From Nemertoderma westbladi (Eukaryota; Animalia; Xenacoelomorpha), in the NCBI GenBank assembly GCA_032718475.1, contig JAUCBJ010009161.1, positions 1-64,000 on the forward strand: a DNA stretch of 64,000 nucleotides, given 5' to 3'. Below, piece after piece: positions 1 through 13,667 of this stretch; within the stretch, counting starts at the first letter, position 1, and the number at the start of each line of letters is the position of its first letter. Under the pieces are notes generated by a model that made no database searches, had not been told where the DNA came from, and saw only the letters and a list, made by a program, of their open reading frames with translations. The translations under genes and the position numbers were made by a program.

Positions 1-742
1 GGATGGACTGTCCGACGGCCCACGAGAGAGAACGAACAATCTTTGGAGAGGACAGACAGCGTGATCCAATGGCAGTTCTCACACCATTCGGATGGACGCT
101 TAGCGGCCCAATCAAAACCAAGATTCCATTTAGGATGTCGGAGACATCGGGGTGCATGTTCGCGGGGACCATGAGGGAGATGGAGGATGAAGGAGCAGAG
201 GAGCAGCTCAAGAGGCTGTTAAGACAGGACTTCGAAGGATTAAAGGAGGCCGGGGTCGGAACGTCGGTAGAGGATAAACAAGCAATGGAAAGTGTGAACG
301 AGTCGATGAAGTGCGACGAGGGACGGTACACCATAGGCATGGTATGGAAACAATCAAAATTACTGTTGCCTGACAATAAAAGGATGGTACTCACGAGGCT
401 TCGCAAACTGAAGCAAACACTCAAACGGAGCCCAGAGAAGAATGAGTACATCCATAAGACAATAAAGAAATACGTCTAGAAGGGATGGGCCGTGGAGTTA
501 CCGGTCGACGAACTGAACACGGACAGGACCTACTACCTGCCACTTCACGTGGCTTTAGACCCAAAGAAGGGTAAACTGCGGATGGTGGTTGATGCATCGG
601 CCAAAACGAATGACAAGAGCCTAAACGACTATATGCTGGAGGGCCCCAACATCTACAACTCGGGGATAGAGGTCTTGTTGAGATTTAGAAATGGGAGGCA
701 CACCTTCACGTGCGACATCGAAGGCATGTTCAACCAAGTCCG
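1..742 (+). pseudogene. Bel/Pao LTR retrotransposon pol fragment (family A, copy 1; post-protease region and RT N-terminus)
   Basis: ORFs 3-479 and 492-758 carry Bel/Pao motifs (TPFGW, YYLPLH, LRMVVDAS, GPN, LLRFR, DIEGMFNQ). DNA is near-identical to 4431-5170. In-frame stop at 477-479; truncated at ~742. Confidence 0.9.
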
Positions 743-1123
743 TATTGATTATAAATGATTTTATTAGTTTTTTATATTTGTTTTTTCAAATTATAGATAA
801 CTTGTCAATTTTCACTTTGTTCTTGTCACTCTATATCAATGGTTGAAGACACTAACCTTACCACTGTGCTGTAGGCAAGAAGTCTATGTCAAAAACCTTT
901 TAAGCAGACCACTTTTATCTGATAAAAACTTTTAAAAACAAGGCATATTGTTAATTCACGAATGAAATACTGATAAAATAAACCAAAATAAAGTATAACC
1001 TACTTTAAACTTCGTGTATTTAACGTGTTTAACGTGTGTTTAACATTAGTGTAATATAATATACTCTATTAGTCACCAAAGAAATTTATACAATAAGTTT
1101 CAACGTGTTTATAGTCTGGTAGC

Positions 1124-1259
1124 TTAAGGGGCTACAAATCGTACAGATGAAACTAAATTATCATTCAGAGCTCCAAGGGAAGAAGGATACTTGTATTCGT
1201 TTGGTTCATCCTCCACCGTCCATGTTAGTGTAACAGAGGCGCCCTGGTAGTCAGCCAAA
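1124..1259 (-). CDS. Duplicated terminal exon of the betagamma-crystallin-domain gene (alternative last exon or orphan)
   Basis: ttttccag acceptor, then LADYQGASVTLTWTVEDEPNEYKYPSSLGALNDNLVSSVRFVAP*. Two amino-acid differences from the 12144-12279 copy. Confidence 0.65.
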
Positions 1260-1979
1260 CTGGAAAATATTAAAAACAGGAAGTTAAGATTTACAATTAT
1301 TGCATACAAATTATATAAATGTAATTTTGTCAAATTTATATAAAAAATTCTAAAATTTATATAAAAATCCTGCACATTTATATAAAATTTGAGTTAGCAT
1401 CCATGTTCATATCAAATAAGTAAATTAAATATATTTCTTACTTATTTCAAATTTACTAATAATAATAATTTATTTATAAATATATATTTTATATGTTTAT
1501 TTAATGTTGCATAAAAATTCCTCCATGATGAATTTTAGATAATACATATTTATACTATTTGAAGGTCATAAGCTTTTTTATTAAGAGGAATTACAGAATC
1601 GGACTACGTACTTATGAGCACATACTTATGAGCACAGTTTACCCGAGATTATGGCAGTTGCTGTCAAGTCTGGCACATCTCAACTGAATGCTGCTACGAG
1701 TACGTATCACACTCCAATGGCTAAACGGGGCGGTGCCCCTGATAACAACGGTTTTGCATGGCACTGGGTCGGAGTGCCGGTCCCGGTACCAATAACAGGA
1801 AACCACAGATGCTCAACCACATTATGGGACAGGAACAAGTGGTGCACTGAAGGGAGTGCCCCAATTGAATAAATATTTTAACTCGAGTTAGTCCAGGTCA
1901 TTCGGCTGAAGATGTGAATAATTTCACGGAGGAATCATTTAACTTGAAGATGCTACCTGCATATCACTGAAAACAAGAA

Positions 1980-2050
1980 TGGAATCTTATTTATCGTTTC
2001 TTATCACCTGTTCATTGAACAGGTGATAAGAAACGATAAATAAGATTCCA
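1980..2050. repeat. Perfect 35-bp inverted repeat (1-nt loop)
   Basis: tggaatcttatttatcgtttcttatcacctgttca-t-tgaacaggtgataagaaacgataaataagattcca. The paralog at ~12998-13032 has only one arm. Confidence 0.95.
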
Positions 2051-2189
2051 CAGTGAACAGTGTTCAACCGAATCCTCTGCTGCCCTCCTCATTGAGGAGA
2101 ATACCTGACTGGGCCTCAGTCGGTGCAGTACGGCCGTGGCTGGGAAATCAGCAAGATGTGTGGAACACCGTTCGTCCAGTCATCTCTAA

Positions 2190-2700
2190 CTAAGTATGAT
2201 ATATTTTCCCCTTATATATACTAAAATTTATTTCTCGCTGGTCCAGTCCATCTAATGTGCTGGATACTGCTGGTGTGTCTAAAATTGATAAAATTCGAGT
2301 GGAAATAATTAAAATACTCAGGTGTATCACGTATGCAGAATACAGATCATCATCATTTCCAATATATAAGTCTCTAAGTCTCTACCAATCCAACACTAAC
2401 TTACATAAGTTACAACTAGCTACTTGTATGCACAGTATCCATTACCGCTATGACAAAACTGGCATGTTCGAAATGTTTGAAAAAATACATAGAAAACGTT
2501 AACATAATTCTCGAGCCAACTTATTTTTTAGACCTCGCAAAGAATTGGTCGTCGGGAAAATGTCACTACGATAGAAAGGTCCAGTGATATGGAATGCATT
2601 ACCTAATGAAATTCGCAATATACGAGATAGACATTGGTTTGCAAATAGACTAAAAGACTATCTATTTCAGTTAGATTGCCTATCAGCGCAGCAGTCACGT
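2190..2700 (+). mobile_element. Non-LTR retrotransposon (LINE) ORF2 C-terminal remnant
   Basis: Degenerate translation ...RCITYAEYRSSSFPIYKSL... then GPVIWNALPNEIRN...FANRLKDYL, resembling the C-terminus of CR1/L2-group LINE ORF2. Confidence 0.65.
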
Positions 2701-3135
2701 TTTTTATTTTATTTTTTACATTTGCCCTAATAATAATAAACTTTATAAATTACTACACGTGCACGGGGGGTCATGTAACAAAATATGTTTAATTGGTTTT
2801 TTTAAATAAATTAAATTGAAATTTATAAATATACAGGTACTTTCAACGGAGTTTCGGTAGTAACTAATCTAAATCAGTTATTTGCGTTCAAAATTACTAA
2901 TCTAAATCAGTCATAAATCAGTATCATCTCTAAATCAGTCATTTGTGTTCAAAATTTATTGTTGAAATTGATATTTGGTTATTTTTGTTGTAATTTGGTT
3001 TTTATCTTAAGTAATTTAAAATTAAACTATGATTCATAAATAATGTAAGTAAGTATATGTTCTTATTTTCTACTATATAATAATAATAATAATTACCTTT
3101 CAGTGTGATGCCTGTTCATCTATATTTAAGTTAGT

Positions 3136-3325
3136 GGGGGTGAGTGAACCCGACTGGAGCCTGCAAGGCCACGTAGTTAGGCAGGGAGTAGCTGGGGTGA
3201 GTCACCCCAATGGGAGCCTTCAAGGCCACGTAGTTAGGCAGGGAGTAGCGGGGGTGAGTCAACCCAATGGGAGCCTGCAAGGCCACGCAGTCGCACAGGG
3301 AGAGGCGGGGGTGAGTAGACCCAGC
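3136..3325 (+). repeat. ~57-bp tandem repeat (3+ units) within the Bel fragment
   Basis: ggggtgagtcaacccaatgggagcctgcaaggccacgtagttaggcagggagtagc repeated; translates as GVS.P..SLQGHVVRQGVA units. Confidence 0.85.
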
Positions 3326-6300
3326 CGCAGTAAAGACAATGCATCAACTAGAGAGGGGCGTAGAAGCGAAGTAGGAGGTAGCGAAGTAAGAGGTGGCGAA
3401 AGGGGGGGCTAGGGGCGCCCCACAACGACCCACAGGCGTCGGTGGATGGTGCGTGGTGCGAGTTAGGTGAACCACGGCACCCGACGACGGAGAATAGTAG
3501 GGGGATTACGAATATCCCCAGGAGCGTCCAACCGGGCAGAGAGAGGGAGGTTGGCGCCATGAGCGGGTGAGCAACAAGACGTCGAACCCAGTCAGAAGAT
3601 GGAAGAAGAACAGTGGAGTTTAACCGGGAGGTCGAAGAGAGTTCTCATGAGCCAGAGCGCCACACTGAGGCGAGAAGAAGTGAAGAGAATAGAAGAAGCG
3701 TTGCTACGAGCAACCGGAGAGCAAGGATGGACAGTGAACTGTCGGTAGTAGAGATGGAGTTAGAGAGTCAGTGGGGTCGAACTCCGGGAGATTGCCGTCG
3801 CCCCGGAGAGACGCCGCCTGGTGATATATACCATACGCCGGGAGAAGGGTACAGGATGTACCAGTACGAGGACGAGGACATGAGAGGGGATCGAAGAGAA
3901 ACTTCCCGAAGGGATATAGCTGCTGATCGAGAGTACGGTGGTCGCGGGGAGGACTTCTTGGAATATTCGAGAAGATTAAACTTCGGTCCGGAAGGACACA
4001 GGCAGACTGCAGGACATACTGTAGGACTTACTGCACATACTACAGGCCGTGTGGTACCGGTGAGGGTAATAGGAGAGAGTGGTCGATCAGTTACCGCGTT
4101 GATGCTGGTCGACAGCGGAGCAGCCTTCACATTGGTGGATAATTGGGTGGCCGAGAAGATAGGGTTACAGACGAGGCTGAGCAGGATGGCGGTAACTACT
4201 ATCTCCAGCAAGGATGAGGTCCTGGAAATGAGGATGGGAAGGTGCGAAATATCAGCAATAGCACCGGGATGTGACTATGGGGCGACCATTGACCCCATTC
4301 AGGTAATAGAATCGATCAACATAAATGCCAGTCGACCAACTAACATCGAGGTTGAGCAATACAGATTCCTGGACGAAATCGATTTCTCAATACCGGAAGT
4401 GGATGTCTGGAAGGTATCCATCATAGTGGGGATGGACTGTCCGACGGCCCACGAGAGAGTACGATCAATCTTCGGAGAGGACAGACAGCGTGATCCAATG
4501 GCAGTTCTCACACTGTTCGGATGGACGCTTAGCGGGCCAATCAAAACCAAGATTCCATTTAGGATGTCGGAGACATTGGGGTGCATGTTCGCGGGGACCA
4601 TGAGGGAGATGGAGGATGAAGGAGCAGAGGAGCAGCTCAAGAGGCTGTTAAGACAGGACTTTGAAGGATTAAAGGAGGCCGGGGTCGGAACCTCGGTAGA
4701 GGATAAACAAGCAATGGAAAGTGTGAAGGAGTCGATGAAGTGCGCCGAGGGACGGTACACCATAGGCATGGTATGGAAACAACCAAAATTACCGTTGCCT
4801 GACAATAAAACGAGTACTCACGAGGCCTCGCAAACTGAAGCAAACACTCAAACGGAGCCCTGAGAAGGATGAGTACATCCATAAGACAATAAAGAAGTAC
4901 GTCGAGAAGGGATGGGCCGTGGAGTTACCGGTCGACGAACCCAACACGGACAGGACCTACTACCTGCCACTTCACGTGGCTTTAGACCCAAAGAAGGGTA
5001 AACTGTGGATGGTGGTTGACACATCAGTCAAAACGAATGGCAAGAGCCTAAACCACTATCTGCTGGAGGGCCCCAACATCTACAACTCAGGGATAGAGGT
5101 CTTGTTGAGATTTAGAAATGGGAGGTACGCCTTCACGTGCGACATCGAAGGCATGTTCAACCAAGTCCGTGTGACGGAGGAGGACAGCGACAGCCAGCGC
5201 TTCCTATGGTACAACAGCGACAAAGAACCGTCTGCGATACCGATATACAAAACGGTGGTGCAAAACAAGGGGGTCAAGTCGTCCTCATTTACGACGACTA
5301 TGGCTGTAAGAGATACGGTAGAGGGGAAAGAGGGAGAGTATAGTGCCAAGGCGGTCGACATGATTCGACGCGATTTCAATGTAGACGATGGGATGGGATC
5401 TGGAAACACAGTTGAAGAAATACTGGAGATAGGGCGCGAGGTTCGCGACATCCTAAAGGGATCCGGATTCAACCTGACTAAGTTCCAGTCCAGCTCAGAG
5501 GAGTTCATGAAAGCCATAGAAGACAGGCGGCCAGAGTCGACCATGGACAACCCCACAACAGCGAAGGGACAGGACAGGACATGGCGAACAAGAGAATAGA
5601 GTCTCAGCAGAAGGCGCTGGGGATCGTGTGGAACCGGGAGACAGACGAGTTGGAGTATCAACTAAGCCAAGAGGGCGCAGAGATCCACACAAAGCGGGGC
5701 TATGTATCGTACATAGCAAGGATATACAATCCCTTAGGCCTAGCATCCCCATTGTTAGTCACGGGGAAGCAGATACTAAAGAAAGTATATAAGTTGAAGG
5801 ACGAGTGGGATATGGAGGTCCCGGAAGAAATAAGCAAACAGTGGAGTAAGTGGACGGGGAGTCTAGAACAGATGGGGACGTACAGCATGCCACGCGTGTA
5901 TTTCCCGGACGGAGATATGACGGACCTGGTACTACACATGTTCTCCGATGCATCTTTGGAAGCATATGGAGCGGCACTTTATCTGGTACAGTGAAAGGGG
6001 GCTCATAGGCCCAGACTTGCATTTAGTAAAGCGAAGTCAACGCCACCAGATTCAGCGTCAGTCCCGAAACTCGAGCTGACAGCTGCGAGGTTAGCAGTAA
6101 GGGCCACAGCCTACTTGATGGACACTATACCCAACATAGTGGAGACACACTACTAGACAGACTCCATGGTAGTGCTAGGGTGGCTGCATAACGAGAAGAC
6201 GAGATACCCCATATTCGTCGCGAATAGGGTAGATGAGATAAGGGCGACGACTGACTTAGAAAGGTGGCATTGCTGCCCTACCAACGACAACCCAGCAGAT

Positions 6301-6592
6301 TTGTTATCGAGGGGCGTGGCACGCCACACTTTCCCGAAGAAGGAAGTGTTGTGGCAGCACAGGCCACACTTCCTGAACGATAGATCAGCCTGGCCACCAA
6401 TGAGGAAGGTGGACCCGGGCTCAGAGGAAGTAGTTCCAGAAGAAGAGGAGGAAGACTCAGAAGGGGAAGAGATATACAGCCAGATGGTGAGGGAGATCAA
6501 GGAGGTGCCACCAAAATCAGAAGAACCATGCGACAACCCGACGGATAGGTTGCTCAGTTACAGCTCCAGCTGGTACAAGACCAAGAAGTTGG
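3136..6592 (+). mobile_element. Bel/Pao retrotransposon fragment (family A, copy 2): gag C-terminal region, protease, RT, RNase H; no integrase or LTR seen
   Basis: Protease MLVDSGA in 3613-4863. RT DIEGMF...FNVDD (catalytic Y replaced by N) in 4919-5599. RNase H FSDAS..AYGA and NPADLLSRG in 5581-6600. Several frameshifts and stops. Confidence 0.9.
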
Positions 6593-8079
6593 TAATATAA
6601 GTATGGATATTATGATGTGAAATACTAAGCTGAGTCTAAATATGTTGTCAGCATTCTTATAAGGTTCCCGTACTAACACTGATTAAAAATAAAAATCGAA
6701 ATTAAATCACCATAACAAGAAAGACCGCATAATAAAATCTTACATTGGGCGAAGGTGTGCCTCTATATAGATTATTGATTGTTAGGCAGAGCAATCAACA
6801 TTGGCAAACAATCAATATTCTTTAAAACGTTAAAACGGACATAGGAAAATAGATGAGGAAATTCCCAAGAAGCAAAAATTTCAGGTCGCTGGTGTACTGT
6901 ACTATGTTATTATTATCGTTTTTGACTGACAGAAATAATGACAGTGCCTCAATCATTCTTATAATTAACATCGGAAATGATAACCCGACCAGGAAAACCC
7001 AGATATAAATAATCTTAGTTAGGACTTACAATAAGGATACATAACACATCTACTGTAGGCCCCTCCTCCAATATTCATATCTTAGTTCTCTCATAACAGT
7101 AATACCTAATGCAGCACATACATTAGTTCATAATGCAGCCATTGTTGTGAAAATAAGAGGCAGCCAATAAGCCATTATTTATACAAGAATATCTATATAA
7201 TTCAGCAAAATATCTATAAAATTCACCAAAATGTATATATCGAGATAATAATTGACCCCAAAATTTAAATTGCAGCCACTGTAGTAACCAGGCTTTTTGC
7301 AGCCAAAAGAATGCGGATGTTTTAGAAAGACCATATGGCTACATTGCAGCCAAAATACAACCTGCCGCAGCCACGGTGTCACTCTGTATATATCATGATG
7401 CAACCAATAAGCCATTATTCATATAATCCATTGACACCACATGCTGCATTGTACATCTATATATATATATATATTAATATAATATATAATAAACATCCGC
7501 TTATGAATTAAAATTAAATTAAAATATTATTTCAATTACTTTGTCACTTTCAGTGGACTTTCATATTATTTCACTTACAATTACTTTAATAAACAATTGG
7601 TACAATTTCAAAGCATTTTATACTTGGGTTGTTTGGCGCGGACGTGGTGTGGTTGGTGTTCTAGAATATCGAAAAAAAATGAAGAGAGCTGCTGAGTTGA
7701 AGATTTAAGAAGACAGTTGAACCGAGCCCGAATTTCACGTCAGGCAAACGAGACTTACCGCTGCCCCGGTACTTCACTTTCCGTTCACTAGTACCCAAGG
7801 TATTGTCCGTGGTAATTTCCTGCACATTTAAGGCCCGGGTTCTTACCTTGAATCAATCCCCGGCCCTTCGCGATTTCAGGTACGGCCCGCACCCCCTACT
7901 CCACTCTGCTCGCTTCCTCTCCACTCTGATTTTCGCGTTTTTAGAATATTCGGTGACGGTTCTATTTAAACACTATTTTGTGAACAATGGAGATGTTTCT
8001 TTATTATATTTCAATATTTGACATTTTTTTATCAAATTTATTAAATTAAATTAACTAATTTAAGAGGTAAACAAAAATT

Positions 8080-8600
8080 TTGGACTGGACGCGAACTGGA
8101 CCGCCAAATGAAAGATAATCTAAAAACAACTGTCCATGCAGACAAGTAAAATATATATTGAAAATTATATGGTCATATCATACATCGTAAATTTAGTTGC
8201 GTGTAAAATATCGCTAAATTAAGATTACTTTCTTTTAACACTGCTGGTGGACTTATTTTACCAGTCTACCAGTCAGTCGCACGTCTGTGTATAGATTGCA
8301 GTATTTTGGGCACCGGTAAATACATACAAAATACTGCAAACTATAAACCCAGAAACCTGCTACAGGTAGGCCTACTGGTAAAAGCATTACAGCAGATTTT
8401 TATGTGAAGAATGTAATCTTAAATTTAAATTAAATTTTCGCACACTCAACAAATTCACAACTAAAACAAATTCACAAATTCGCAACTAAATTTAAAATGG
8501 TGAAATGAAATTCAACATTTATTTTCTCTTGTCTGCATTGCCGGTTCGGTCCAGTGCGCCACGCTTCCCATCCAGTTCATATCAGTTCAGTCCAGTACTA
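8080..8600. mobile_element. Foldback / MITE-like long imperfect palindrome centred at ~8315
   Basis: Nested inverted pairs: ttgcagtattttg/caaaatactgcaa, ttttaccagt/actggtaaaa, ttaagattac/gtaatcttaa, taaatttagttgcg/cgcaactaaattta, atgcagacaag/cttgtctgcat, actggaccg/cggtccagt. Confidence 0.7.
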
Positions 8601-8936
8601 TCCTATTCAACATCATTGTTGGCCTATCCCCAAATACCTGTATTATTCCTTGTAAAGGTGGGCTTACATATAAGCTTTCCATTAAACTGTCATAATAAGC
8701 GGCGTGTTATGTTATGGGAAGATAGGAAGTTTTGGAAATTTTGTAATATTTTATTGATTATAAATGATTTTATTAGTTTTTTATATTTGTTTTTTCAAAT
8801 TATAGATAACTTTTCACTTTGTTCTTGTCACTCTATATCAATAGTTGAAGACACTAACCTTACCACTGTACTGTAGGCAAGAATGTCAAAAACCTTTTAA
8901 GCAGACCACTTTTATCTGATAAAAACTTTTAAAAAC

Positions 8937-11900
8937 GAGAGAAAGCCGCCCCAATATTAGATTATAACAACAACATATCCATTGGGTAAGAAAGTGGAGG
9001 TGAGCCAGCCCGTCTCTTAATTTTTTACTTTATATTACGCGATCAATTTTCCCTCATCTCGTCATGAACCCAACATGTATGTAACCTTTTGTTAAATTTG
9101 TTGGCTATGCGTTTGCGGTTGTTTGGGCGGAGTGTGGTAGGCCTACACTTTTCACACTTAAATATTTTGGTTGTGAAATGTTACAGGGCATAGCGTTCTG
9201 AGATATTTCATTTATATTTTATTATGAGAGGAAGAAGAACATACAACGTTATTTACTATATATGTAACAAAATAATTGTTTTCGGGTTTGGAAGCCTCCC
9301 CAAATAGTTGATATACAATTATATTTAAAATAATTTCCATGGTCATGGTCATTCACCCGTCTTTAGTTAGAAATTTGTTTGCATGAAAGACAGTTTAGTT
9401 TAGTTTTTACTGATTTATTATCTCTTATCTGACTGGGGTAATAATAAAGGATAGGATAAATGGAAGCAAAGTGTGACAGTAACAAATATTTCCCCGTCAC
9501 CCTAGCATGTCTTAAGTATATGATATATCAAAGGGGGAAGTTTGGATTCACTGCATAAATGCAGTTCACCAAACTTCCCCCGAATGCACACTGTAACTTC
9601 CCCCTTCCCCTAAATATCCACTGTTGAATTAATTTGAAGCGATATAATAAGTACAAAATTGTGCGAGTTTTTAATTGTGTGGTCCAATTGTTATTTGATT
9701 TCTATTTATTATTTAAAGTGCATTTAATATCACACTCGCTTTTAAAATATTATACTATACAACCTTATGTTTTATTAATTTACCAAATCGAAGCCTCATA
9801 AGGGCCGGTTATTTGTACGCATATCCCCTAATGCGCTCAGTAAGGTTCAAACAACATATTAATATGAAAATAAAGTATCTGCAAAGAAAAGAACCCAATA
9901 CTATATAATTTGACCTTATTAAAAAATTTGCACTTTTGCACACTTATTTGTACAAGTGCACTTTAGCAGATCGTAATGGTGGCTCTTATTTAACAAACTT
10001 ATGTTTATCCTCTACCGATCTACGATGGTGTATGATCAAGTGTCAGTCGCTAAAAGTGTCAAAAATCCAATTTAATAAATCTGGATTTGCGATTTTGGAC
10101 CATATTCATGGACATTTTTAAGTCACTTTATAGACATAAAAAGTTAAACAAATGTTACGATTATAGTTAGAAATCATTCCAAACTACATTTTAATCCAAA
10201 AAATAACATTCTACGATGAATAGAACTGGAAATAACAGTGTTTGAATTATCGAAAAAATGTTCACTATTTAAGTGCATTTTGCACTAAGTGCACATGCGT
10301 CTTTTCCCAAGTTTTATCCTATTTCACACACTACAATCTATCCTCTATCCAATGAAAAAAGTTTCAGATTAAACGGCCCTGTAGAACCGAAGTTATTTAT
10401 GTTTAAAAATAGTCACTCGAAAATTTCAAATTCTCTTGGTCACACAGTCTAGTGGTTATCAATCACGTTAATGAAACCTAAGTTCGCGGGTTCGAAATCC
10501 AATATTGACCTGACCATTCTTAATTTTTTTGCAAAAAATATTATTTTTATTTTTTCACTAAAATCGCTCTAACTTCGGTTCTGGTGGTCCAAATTCAATA
10601 AAATTGGTATATTCTTTGCCGTAATTTTTTTCTTAATCTTTTGAGAAGGGGTTATTTTTGGCCCCAAAAAAATTAAAAAAAAGGGCCAAAATAACGCGAT
10701 ATTTTTCGACCCTTAAAATTCGTAATTTTAATTATATATGTTAAGATAAAAGATAGCGGAGTTAATTTGATACTTTTTACAGGTACTTTTGGCGCAATAC
10801 GCTAAATTATAATGGAATAGCGATTTGTTAAAAAAAAAAATTTTTCGTCCCTTTTTATAAATAATATATTTCACACGATCGCCTGCCGCTCCAGTTTTAT
10901 AATACCTCCGGCGCTGTGATTAACGCTGTTAGATAGATAATTGAACGCACTATAAGTCTGTGTAAACAAATCTCCCGTAAGTTAAGTAGTTTTCGAGCTA
11001 GACGATTTCCCGCGAAGCAAGTTTGAAGCGCGAAATTATAATTTTGGCCCTCATTTTTTTAATATCATCGTTGGAGCAAAACCGATAGCATATTTGAATT
11101 CCCCGTATGGATATTGACTGTATAGAATGTACCTTAACCAACTAAAGTTAAAAATAAAAAATTATTCGATAAATACTACTTTACAAATTCTGGCCCTTTT
11201 TGGCCCCTATTGCCGACATATTTTTTGTACCCCCATTCGATAGGAACGTAGCCCCAATGGTCTTCTACGAGTTTCATAAAAGAATTAGTGGATTCCTACC
11301 CGCGTTGTCTTATTAAACATTTCGGAAATAAGTTTTCCAAAAAAGACGGACAAAAACGTACAAATTTACAGCCCCTTTTTCCACCCGAAATTTTAATAAA
11401 TATCTTACCCCCATTCGATACGAAAGTAGTACCACTCTTCCCCTTTCCAACCGCGTTACTTTCGTCCCCGTACGATTAATATTAGCCGAGTTATAGCGGA
11501 TCCCGCAAAGTCATTTTGTCCGTTTTTTCAACTTTGACGGACATTTTCGGAAAAAAGGCGTGGTAATCTTTTTTGAAAAAAAAAACGAATTCACTAATTA
11601 ATCCCTTCTATCGTATCCCGGCGTCGGCTAAGCAATAACCTAGGGTTTTTTCGAGCCACTGTAGAGCGCCTTTCAAAAAAATTTTAAAATTGTCGAAAAA
11701 ATGACGGTTTTTTGTCCGCCGTGTCCGTCGAGGGGATAGATTTAATAATGTTAGAGTTGCTAATATCTTAGAATTCCGAGCCGCTCCCCTGGTGAGAAAA
11801 TAAAAAAATTTGGTCTGTTCCTTCATCGAAAAGTCCCCCAGAATCCCAAGTTAACCTATATAGTTAGCGATGGCCTGCGGCTTTAGGAGCGGCCGCGGTA

Positions 11901-11961
11901 TTCACCTCCCTCATAGCGGCCGCGGCGGTGTTGCGTCAAATGGAGGAATATTTATCCCACC
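8937..11961. other. 3.0-kb block present only in duplication copy 2 (probable repeat insertion, or deletion in copy 1)
   Basis: Copy 1 reads tttaaaaac|aaggcatattg with no gap. The block is non-coding, rich in A/T tracts, and contains a tRNA-like A/B box at ~10445-10500. No clear TSD or TIR. Confidence 0.7.
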
Positions 11962-12143
11962 AAGGCATATTGTTAATTCACGAATTAAATACTGATAAAA
12001 TAAACCAAAATAAAGTACAACCTACTTTAAACTTCGTGTATTTAACGTGTTTAACGTGTTTAACATTCGTGTAATATAATATACTCTATTAGTCACCAAA
12101 GAAATTTATACAATAAGTTTCAACGTGTTTATAGTCTGGTAGC

Positions 12144-12279
12144 TTAAGGGGCTACAAATCGTACAGATGAAACTAAATTATCATTGAGAGCTCCAAGGGT
12201 AGAAGGATACTTGTATTCGTTTGGTTCATCATCCACCGTCCATGTTAGTGTAACAGAGGCGCCCTGGTAGTCAGCCAAA
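12144..12279 (-). CDS. betagamma-crystallin-domain gene, exon 5 (terminal; Greek key 4)
   Basis: ttttccag acceptor; phase-2 join GA|T gives WILYDLADYQGASVTL...NDNLVSSVRFVAP*; TAA at 12144-12146. Confidence 0.85.
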
Positions 12280-13156
12280 CTGGAAAATATGAAAACACGA
12301 AGTCAAGATTTACAATTATTGCATACAAATTATATAAATGTAAATTTGTCAAATTTATATAAAAAATTCTAAAATTTATATAAAAATCCTGCACATTTAT
12401 ATAAAATTTGAGTTAGCATCCATGTTCATATCAAATAAGTAAATTAAATATATTTCTTACTTATTTCAAATTTACTAATAATAATAATTTATTTATAAAT
12501 ATATATTTTATATGTTTATTTAATGTTGCATAAAAATTCCTCCATGATGAATTTTAGATAATACATATTTATACTATTTGAAGGTCATAAGCTTTTTTAT
12601 TAAGAGGAATTACAGAATCGGACTACGTACTTATGAGCACATACTTATGAGCACAGTTTACCCGAGATTATGGCAGTTGCTGTCAAGTCTGGCACATCTC
12701 AACTGAATGCTGCTACGAGTACGTATCACCCTCAATGGCTAAACGGGGCGGTGCCCCTGATAACAACGGTTTTGCATGGTACTGGGTCGGAGTGCCGGTC
12801 CCGGTACCAATAACAGGAAACCACAGATGCTCAACCACATTATGGGACAGGAACAAGTGGTGCACTGAAGGGAGTGCCCCAATTGAATAAATATTTTAAC
12901 TCGAGTTAGTCCAGGTCATTCGGCTGAAGATGTGAATAATTTCACGGAGGAATCATTTAACTTGAAGATTCTACCTGCATATCACTGAAAACAAGAATGG
13001 AATCTTATTTATCGTTTCTTATCACCTGTTCAACCGAATCCTCTGCTGCCCTCCTTCTTTCGGAGAATACCTGACTGGGCCTCAGTCGGTGCTAGTACGG
13101 CCATGGCTGGGAAATCAGCAAGATGTGTGGAACACCGTTCGTCCAGTCATCTCTAA

Positions 13157-13667
13157 CTAAGTATGATATATTTTCCCCTTATATATACTAAAATTTATTT
13201 CTCGCTGGTCCAGTCCATCTAATGTGCTGGATACTGCTGGTGTGTCTAAAATTGATAAAATTCGAGTGGAAATAATTAAAATACTCAGGTGTATCACGTA
13301 TGCAGAATACAGATCATCATCATTTCCAATATATAAGTCTCTAAGTCTCTACCAATCCAACACTAACTTACATAAGTTACAACTAGCTACTTGTATGCAC
13401 AGTATCCATTACCGCTATGACAAAACTGGCATGTTCGAAATGTTTGAAAAAATACATAGAAAACGTTAACATAATTCTCGAGCCAACTTATTTTTTAGAC
13501 CTCGCAAAGAATTGGTCGTCGGGAAAATGTCACTACGATAGAAAGGTCCAGTGATATGGAATGCATTACCTAATGAAATTCGCAATATACGAGATAGACA
13601 TTGGTTTGCAAATAGACTAAAAGACTATCTATTTCAGTTAGATTGCCTATCAGCGCAGCAGTCACGT
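13157..13667 (+). mobile_element. LINE ORF2 C-terminal remnant (duplicate of 2190-2700)
   Basis: Identical to the copy at ~2.2-2.7 kb. Confidence 0.65.

Larger units (their letters stand above)
743..3135. repeat. Segmental duplication copy 1 (paralogous to 8753-14102)
   Basis: Near-identical to 8753-8936 plus 11962-14102; the identical 81-aa ORF occurs at 2257 and 13224. Confidence 0.93.

Noticed and set aside
1124-1375. 83-aa ORF as a single-exon gene
   Set aside because: The N-terminal half is AT-rich intron sequence; only 1124-1259 is exon-like.
10445-10500. Functional tRNA gene
   Set aside because: A/B-box-like motifs are present but I cannot build a convincing cloverleaf; more likely a SINE-derived remnant.
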